NCBI GenBank assembly: GCA_028867135.1 | Contig: JAGWGW010000002.1 | Coordinates: 22,170 to 86,169, forward strand | Reading direction: 5' to 3' | Length of the DNA: 64,000 nucleotides | DNA from: Candidatus Micrarchaeota archaeon | GTDB lineage: Archaea; Micrarchaeota; Micrarchaeia; Micrarchaeales; CABMGC01 | In this document: positions 58,807 to 64,000 of the stretch, in pieces | Layout of the letters: each line of letters opens with the position of its first letter | How positions within the stretch are numbered: the first letter of the stretch is position 1 | Notes under the pieces: generated by a model | Seen by the model: the letters and a program-made list of their open reading frames with translations, nothing else | Database searches by the model: none | What the model was told of the DNA's origin: nothing | Made by a program: the position numbers and the translations under genes

Positions 58807-59272
58807 CGGAATCCGGACCGTTGTGCATTTTTGTGAGGGGAGGAGGCCCCGCCTCTTCCCTGCTGCACTGGTATGCGACAGTGTCAGCCGATGACAGTAT
58901 GCTGTGGTTGTACCACCGCCTCTTGTCAAGGCCGCTTCGCCTGAAGCCCTGCGAGAGCGCTATGCACTCGGTTACAGAGCCTATCGCGCTGCACAGTTCC
59001 TCTACCAGTTCCTTTCTTGGCTTCTCAGAAGACGCCTCCTCTATCATCTCCGAGATTATCCTCTTCAGTTTTCCTATTCTCCTCTCACGCCTCACAATAC
59101 CTTGCACCTTATCACCCAGAAATAGGTCGCCGCTTTGTATAGCGATGGCTTCGCTTTCTCCCTGTCATATATCCTAGTAAAAGTATTTATATCTTGCTAT
59201 AATCGCATATACATAAGTAAAGATATATAAAGGAGAAGGCGCATATTGCATGCGCTGAACAATATCAGCAAA

Positions 59273-59308
59273 CACCTGGAAATAGGTGGGGCGGCGAAAG
59301 CTGCCCCA
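59273..59308 (+). other. Two adjacent GAAA-capped hairpins (candidate small RNA or terminator)
   Basis: CACCTG-GAAA-TAGGTG and TGGGGCGGC-GAAA-GCTGCCCCA. Confidence 0.5.
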
Positions 59309-59322
59309 TTCTTGCTTCAGCC

Positions 59323-59925
59323 TTATCCTGGGACCCACTTTGCGAAGGATGTGGCGTGGGCGAATATGGCAGGCACGTCTATGACTGCCACTGCAAGCGT
59401 TGCCAGAACGAACAGGAATATCGCGATGTTGGTGAACATGGGGTTCTTGCGCATTATAGCGTACGCAGTGGATGCCGCAGCAAGGCCTTCAAGCGCGAAG
59501 AATGCGCCGGCGAGCAGCGGCTCTGAAGAGAGGCTGTTCGCGTACACGGATGCGCCGTAGATTATGGAGAACAGGCCCGCGAAGAGCAGGGGGACCGAGA
59601 TTACGGGGTACTGCCTTGGAACGTAATAGAGCAGAAGGCCGGCAGACAGCAGGACGACCGAGAAGAGAAGGAATGCGTCGCCGTATATGATGTTGTAGCT
59701 TCCTGGAAGGGGCCATATCGCGGAGGTGAACAGCGCAAGCACCAGGGAAGGCACAGCCAATGATGCAAGTACGAGGCCGTGCGCCTTGAGCCTGTCTATG
59801 TTGAGCGCTGACTTGATCGAGATGAGAAGGCTTACCGCAACAGCGTTGGCTATTATGATGATGGCCATCTGTATTGTCAGCGGATCGACGAACAAAGCCA
59901 AGATACCAACAATCCTCCTTTGCAA
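59323..59925 (-). CDS. DUF981 family membrane protein
   Basis: FVDPLT and WPLPGSYNIIYGD motifs. Start uncertain. Confidence 0.8.
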   Translation of the reverse strand: MQRRIVGILALFVDPLTIQMAIIIIANAVAVSLLISIKSALNIDRLKAHGLVLASLAVPSLVLALFTSAIWPLPGSYNIIYGDAFLLFSVVLLSAGLLLYYVPRQYPVISVPLLFAGLFSIIYGASVYANSLSSEPLLAGAFFALEGLAAASTAYAIMRKNPMFTNIAIFLFVLATLAVAVIDVPAIFAHATSFAKWVPG

Positions 59926-59946
59926 TGCATGCTTAATAAGCTTCCC

Positions 59947-61800
59947 CTACCTGGCCCTTAGCGCGTTGAGGATCACGGTGACGTCTATCGCTTCCTGCAT
60001 GATCGCGCCTATTGCAGGGGGTATCACCCCCGTGGTAGCGACCACCATCAGGAATACCGAGAGCCCTATGCCTGCCAATATCGACTGCTTTGCGATCTTG
60101 AGCATACGCCTGCCTGTTGTTATGGCATCAGTCACCTTGGTCACGTCGTCGACAAGGAGCACTATGTCCGCAGCCTCTGCAGATATGCCTGTGCCGTGCG
60201 CGCCCATCGCTATGCCTACGGTGGCGGTGGCGAGCGCAGGGGCGTCGTTTATGCCGTCGCCCACCATGACCGTGTTGAACCTCCTCTTGGCGTCCTTGAC
60301 TATGGTGACCTTCTCTGCAGGAAGCAGCCCTGCCCTGTAGTCCTTTATGCCGGCAGCATCGGCTATGACCCTCGCATTCTGCTCGTTGTCCCCCGTGAGC
60401 AGGGTTATCTGGCTTATTCCCAGGCTCCTGAGCCTGCTCACCATCCTCGGCACCCCCGGCCTTATCCTGTCTGTGAATACTATTATGCCCGCGAGCCTGC
60501 CGTTTATCGCCACGAACGAATAGAGCTTGCCCTCGGATGCGCTCTTCTCGAGCAGCTTGAGGTAAAGCCTCGTAGAGCCGTCTATCCTTTCCTCGAAGAA
60601 GCTCCTGGAGCCCACGAGCACATGCTCCTTTCTCACATAGCCTTCAACCCCTTTGGAAGGGGTCTCCTTGAACTTCTTCGGCTGCTCCAGCTTCCTGAAC
60701 TCCTTCCTTGCAGCGCTTACAACTGACATGGATAATGGATGGGATGAGAGCTGCTCGACAGCCGCGCTCTTGTACAGTATCTCGTTTTTGGTGTGCTTGC
60801 CGAATGGTATTATTCCCTCTACAAGGGGCGTTCCGTATGTTATGGTCCCGGTCTTGTCGAAGAGGATGGCCTTTGCGCCGCCTATCTGCTCTATCGCAGC
60901 CCCGTTCTTGACTATGACGCCGTCGTTGGCGGCCCTGTTTATCGCTGCTATGACGGCTATGGGCACCGCGATTATCAGCGGGCACGGGGTCGCAACTACA
61001 AGCACGGCGAGCACCGTCGTGACGCTGTGCGTCATCAGGTACCCTATCATGCTTATGAGAATGGTCAAGGGGGTGAAGTACGTTGCGTATCTGTCCGCAA
61101 GGCGCTGTATCTCTGGCTTGTTCTGCTGGGCCTCGCGCACCATCTTGACTATCTTCGCATACTGGCTCTCCTCGCTTATGGCTGTTGTCCGCATCTCGAA
61201 CGTATCGCCTACGTTTATCGATCCGCTCAGGACGTTGCCGTTTGCCTCGACTGTCCTGGGCACGGGCTCTCCTGTGAGCGCGGATTCGTCCACGTACGCG
61301 TTCTCGCTGGTGACCTTGCCGTCCGCTGGTATGAGATCCCCGTGTCTTATCACGAGTATGTCGCCGACCTTGGCGGCATCGGCATCTATCTCCTCTATGT
61401 GGTTGCCGATCTTTCTCCTGGCCCTCTTCGGGGTCCTGGCCGTCAGCTCCTCGAGCGATGAGGAGGCCCTGTTGAAGCCGTAGTCTTCGAGAGCCTCGCC
61501 TCCTGACTGCATCAGCACTATTATCGTTCCTGCAAAGGTCTGGTTGACCAGGATCGCGACCACTATGGCAAGCATAGCGATGACGTCTGCCGAGAACTTG
61601 CCCCTGAATAGCTTGCGCATGGTGCCTATTATTATCGGCACGCCTCCAAGCACAAGCACCACGTACCATACCGCATCTGCGTAGAAGCCTTGTCCTGCGA
61701 GGAACAGGATAGAGCCTATTATGAGGCCGATGAGAGCGAAGAACGGCAGCGGATACCTTCTCGCGGATGAATAGAGCGATTTGAGGTCAAGCTTAACCAT
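59947..61800 (-). CDS. Heavy-metal P1B-type ATPase (P1B-5-like signature)
   Basis: TGE, TPCP, DKTGT, HP, GDGIND, QSILAGIGLSVFLM and QEAID motifs. Confidence 0.93.
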   Translation of the reverse strand: MVKLDLKSLYSSARRYPLPFFALIGLIIGSILFLAGQGFYADAVWYVVLVLGGVPIIIGTMRKLFRGKFSADVIAMLAIVVAILVNQTFAGTIIVLMQSGGEALEDYGFNRASSSLEELTARTPKRARRKIGNHIEEIDADAAKVGDILVIRHGDLIPADGKVTSENAYVDESALTGEPVPRTVEANGNVLSGSINVGDTFEMRTTAISEESQYAKIVKMVREAQQNKPEIQRLADRYATYFTPLTILISMIGYLMTHSVTTVLAVLVVATPCPLIIAVPIAVIAAINRAANDGVIVKNGAAIEQIGGAKAILFDKTGTITYGTPLVEGIIPFGKHTKNEILYKSAAVEQLSSHPLSMSVVSAARKEFRKLEQPKKFKETPSKGVEGYVRKEHVLVGSRSFFEERIDGSTRLYLKLLEKSASEGKLYSFVAINGRLAGIIVFTDRIRPGVPRMVSRLRSLGISQITLLTGDNEQNARVIADAAGIKDYRAGLLPAEKVTIVKDAKRRFNTVMVGDGINDAPALATATVGIAMGAHGTGISAEAADIVLLVDDVTKVTDAITTGRRMLKIAKQSILAGIGLSVFLMVVATTGVIPPAIGAIMQEAIDVTVILNALRAR

Positions 61801-61839
61801 GCGATTCACGGAAGGATATCATGCCATGGGATTAATAGC

Positions 61840-62616
61840 CTATCTTGCGGACCAGCCGCCGTCAACCTTGAGCACAAGTCCCGTAACGTAGCTGCTCGCG
61901 TCTGATGCAAGGTACACTGCCGCTCCCTTCAGCTCGTCGGGGTCGCCTAGCCTGCCCATCGGGGTCCTTCCCTGTATGTAGCCAAGCGTGCTCTTGTCCT
62001 CAAGGACACCCTTGGTCATCTCGCTGGGGAAGAATCCCGGGGCAATTGCATTCACCCTGATGCCGTACTGGACCCACTCAACGGCCAGCGCCCTTGTCAT
62101 GTTGACAACGGCTCCCTTTGCAGCGTAATATGGGACTGCAGGTATGATGTCGCCGAAAAGCCCGTAGATGCTCGCTATGTTTATTATCCTGCCCCTGACC
62201 TTGTTCCTTATCATGGATTTGGCCGCTTCCTTCGCGCAGTAGAACGTGCCGTTGAGGTCCACGTTCAGCACGCTGAGCCATTCCTTCTCCGTGAATGAGA
62301 CCGCTGGTTTTGCACTGCCTATGCCGGCGTTGTTGATCAGTATGTCGACCTTCCCGAATTTTTCCTCAGCAGCCTTTACCGTCCTTGCTACCATCGATTC
62401 CTTTGTGACGTCGAGCGCTACGGGCACGACCTGCCTCCCGGTCGACTTTGCAATGCCTTCGGCATTGGCCTTCAGCTTGTCCTCCCTCCTTGCGCATACT
62501 ATTAGATCGGCTCCCGCCTCCGCAAGGGCTGTAGCGAACGATACCCCCAATCCGCTTGAGACACCCGTCACTATGCCTATCTTTCCGTCGAGCCTGAATG
62601 AGTCAAGAACGTTCAT
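61840..62616 (-). CDS. Short-chain dehydrogenase/reductase (gluconate 5-dehydrogenase-like)
   Basis: TGVSSGLG, NNAG, YYAAKG and VNAIAPG motifs. Confidence 0.93.
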   Translation of the reverse strand: MNVLDSFRLDGKIGIVTGVSSGLGVSFATALAEAGADLIVCARREDKLKANAEGIAKSTGRQVVPVALDVTKESMVARTVKAAEEKFGKVDILINNAGIGSAKPAVSFTEKEWLSVLNVDLNGTFYCAKEAAKSMIRNKVRGRIINIASIYGLFGDIIPAVPYYAAKGAVVNMTRALAVEWVQYGIRVNAIAPGFFPSEMTKGVLEDKSTLGYIQGRTPMGRLGDPDELKGAAVYLASDASSYVTGLVLKVDGGWSAR

Positions 62617-62804
62617 GATACCACGCAGAAATAGGAGAGTGAAGGCCAAGAAGGACCGTTTTTCCCTTCTTTTCCTTTTTCCATCGTTGTCCAACCCCGA
62701 CTTGGTTGCTAGGCCCTTTTCTGGCCTCCACGATTATATTGTGGCTTATAAGGTATATACGCCTTTCCATTTTCGGATGACGGGATCGCGCTTGGCCGCG
62801 AGGG

Positions 62805-64000
62805 TCAGTGCTTTATCTCGGCTATCTCCTTCCACCAGCGCAGCTTCTTCTCCAGCAGGCTGTCCACTGTCTGGCCTGAGGTCCCGTATATAGCGTTTAT
62901 CACGGCAAGCAGCAGGAACACGATTGCGTACGCGACTCCCGTGCCTATGTCTGTCGATGCCGGGCCGTACGGGCCTCCGGGCCCTGCCGGTATCGACCAT
63001 ATCACAAGGCTCAACAGGAATCCCCCGCCGTATACGAATTTCCTCATCAGCCCGAGTATGAGGGACAGCGACACAGCGGTCTCCAATATGACTATCACTG
63101 CGGCGAACAGCGCCGGATTCAGCGAAACTATCCCTGCCCACAGGTAGAACCACGGGCCGAGCCATGAAGGCTGGAGCGATGCTGATGAAGTTATGAGCTG
63201 GGGCAGGTTGCTGAAGAAGTAGCTGTTGAGCTTGAGGGTAGCGTCTATGCCCCAGACAGCTCCGAATACCACCTCGATGAACCTGCCTATCTCCATCGCA
63301 TTCCTTGAAAACCAGTTGTCGGCTGTGTCTATGTCCTTCTCCAGGTAATGAAGTATTGTGTTTGCGGGCAGCTGCTCGTGGTGCACCCTCACGCTCTTCA
63401 GCCCGTCCTTGAGCACGAAGGAATCGACGCCGTACATGCGCTTGAGGAACCTTGAGAAGGTCGCTGATACAGTGCCGTAATGGTCAACTAGGACAGAATC
63501 CTTCAATGAAAGTATGTCAGCCTTGCCGAGCGCATTGACATTCCCGGGATTGACATGGACTATCTTGTTGCCCTCCACGCCGAGCAGCGCAGCGACATGG
63601 CTGAGGTTGTTCCTGCCCAGCCATACGAACTTCGCGCTTCCGGTCTTCGCCAGCTCGTGGGCCTCCTCGAGGCTCACCTCCTCGATCTGCTCCCTCTTGA
63701 CCCCTTCCTTGTACTCCTGGACAAAGCTCACCAGTATGCTCGCGTCGTTGTGCCACAGCCCGTCTATTCCAAGCGTGTTCTTTATGAAGTCGCTCTGGCC
63801 GAACCCTGCAATCTTTATAGTGACTGTCGAAAGGAACTTGCCCTTGTCCACTAGGAGGCCTATCACCCTGTCGTAGGGGAGTATCGTGAATTCTGTCTTG
63901 GATATAAGGTTATAGCCGGTGTACCTGCCCCAGAAGGAGTAGTGCACTATGATCATGTTCTTGTCCGTCACGACGATATTGTCGGGCGCTATGTTCGACA
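62805..64000 (-). CDS. Multidomain membrane protein: PH-like, degenerate rhodanese-like and DoxX/DoxD-like domains; 5' end outside the window
   Basis: Frame is open to the window edge; FGAVW.IDA.LK, ILETAVSLSLILG and GGPY.P.STDIG motifs. Confidence 0.6.
   Translation of the reverse strand, partial: SNIAPDNIVVTDKNMIIVHYSFWGRYTGYNLISKTEFTILPYDRVIGLLVDKGKFLSTVTIKIAGFGQSDFIKNTLGIDGLWHNDASILVSFVQEYKEGVKREQIEEVSLEEAHELAKTGSAKFVWLGRNNLSHVAALLGVEGNKIVHVNPGNVNALGKADILSLKDSVLVDHYGTVSATFSRFLKRMYGVDSFVLKDGLKSVRVHHEQLPANTILHYLEKDIDTADNWFSRNAMEIGRFIEVVFGAVWGIDATLKLNSYFFSNLPQLITSSASLQPSWLGPWFYLWAGIVSLNPALFAAVIVILETAVSLSLILGLMRKFVYGGGFLLSLVIWSIPAGPGGPYGPASTDIGTGVAYAIVFLLLAVINAIYGTSGQTVDSLLEKKLRWWKEIAEIKH

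Noticed and set aside
58709-59168. Minus-strand ORF 58709-59107, possibly frameshifted from an ATG at 59168
   Set aside because: It overlaps the DUF4258-like gene and has no recognisable motif; I cannot support it as either a gene or a pseudogene.
5318-61669. Many long antisense or alternate-frame ORFs (e.g. 5318-6190, 22375-23298, 24850-25650, 45695-46642, 60644-61669)
   Set aside because: They shadow well-supported genes and have no motifs; expected from codon bias.

Overview
A gene-dense archaeal chromosomal segment, most consistent with a DPANN archaeon such as Micrarchaeota (inferred from gene content, not from a search). Informational and housekeeping genes include rpl21e, rpoF, EF-1beta, rad50, ftsZ, polX, rps26e, argS, sec61beta, rpoL, the rps19e-PDCD5-rpl39e-rpl31e-eIF6-pfdA-ftsY operon and nfo. 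There are three tRNA genes: a partial tRNA-Tyr, a two-intron tRNA-Arg(CCT) and tRNA-Arg(GCG). Surface genes include five class III pilin-like genes, a TadA/VirB11-type ATPase, GT-C glycosyltransferases and a thermopsin. I saw no transposase, integrase, CRISPR array or rRNA. The most unusual items are: (1) an intact single-repeat 'half' TBP behind two phased palindromic TATA boxes; (2) a polytopic membrane-anchored double-AAA ATPase whose two Walker A regions share 70/71 nt and which overlaps a lone NuoM-like gene; (3) three dispersed pilin-LamG paralogues with constant ends and variable cores, one frameshifted at a G8 tract; (4) a DDAH-like/argG/argH/GNAT/tRNA-Arg cluster opposite an ACT regulator; (5) two probable ATA start codons; (6) a Cys-to-Ser thiolase-OB fusion; (7) a HerA/VirB4-nuclease fusion; and (8) two candidate structured RNAs. 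All family calls come from motif recognition by eye; no database searches were run.
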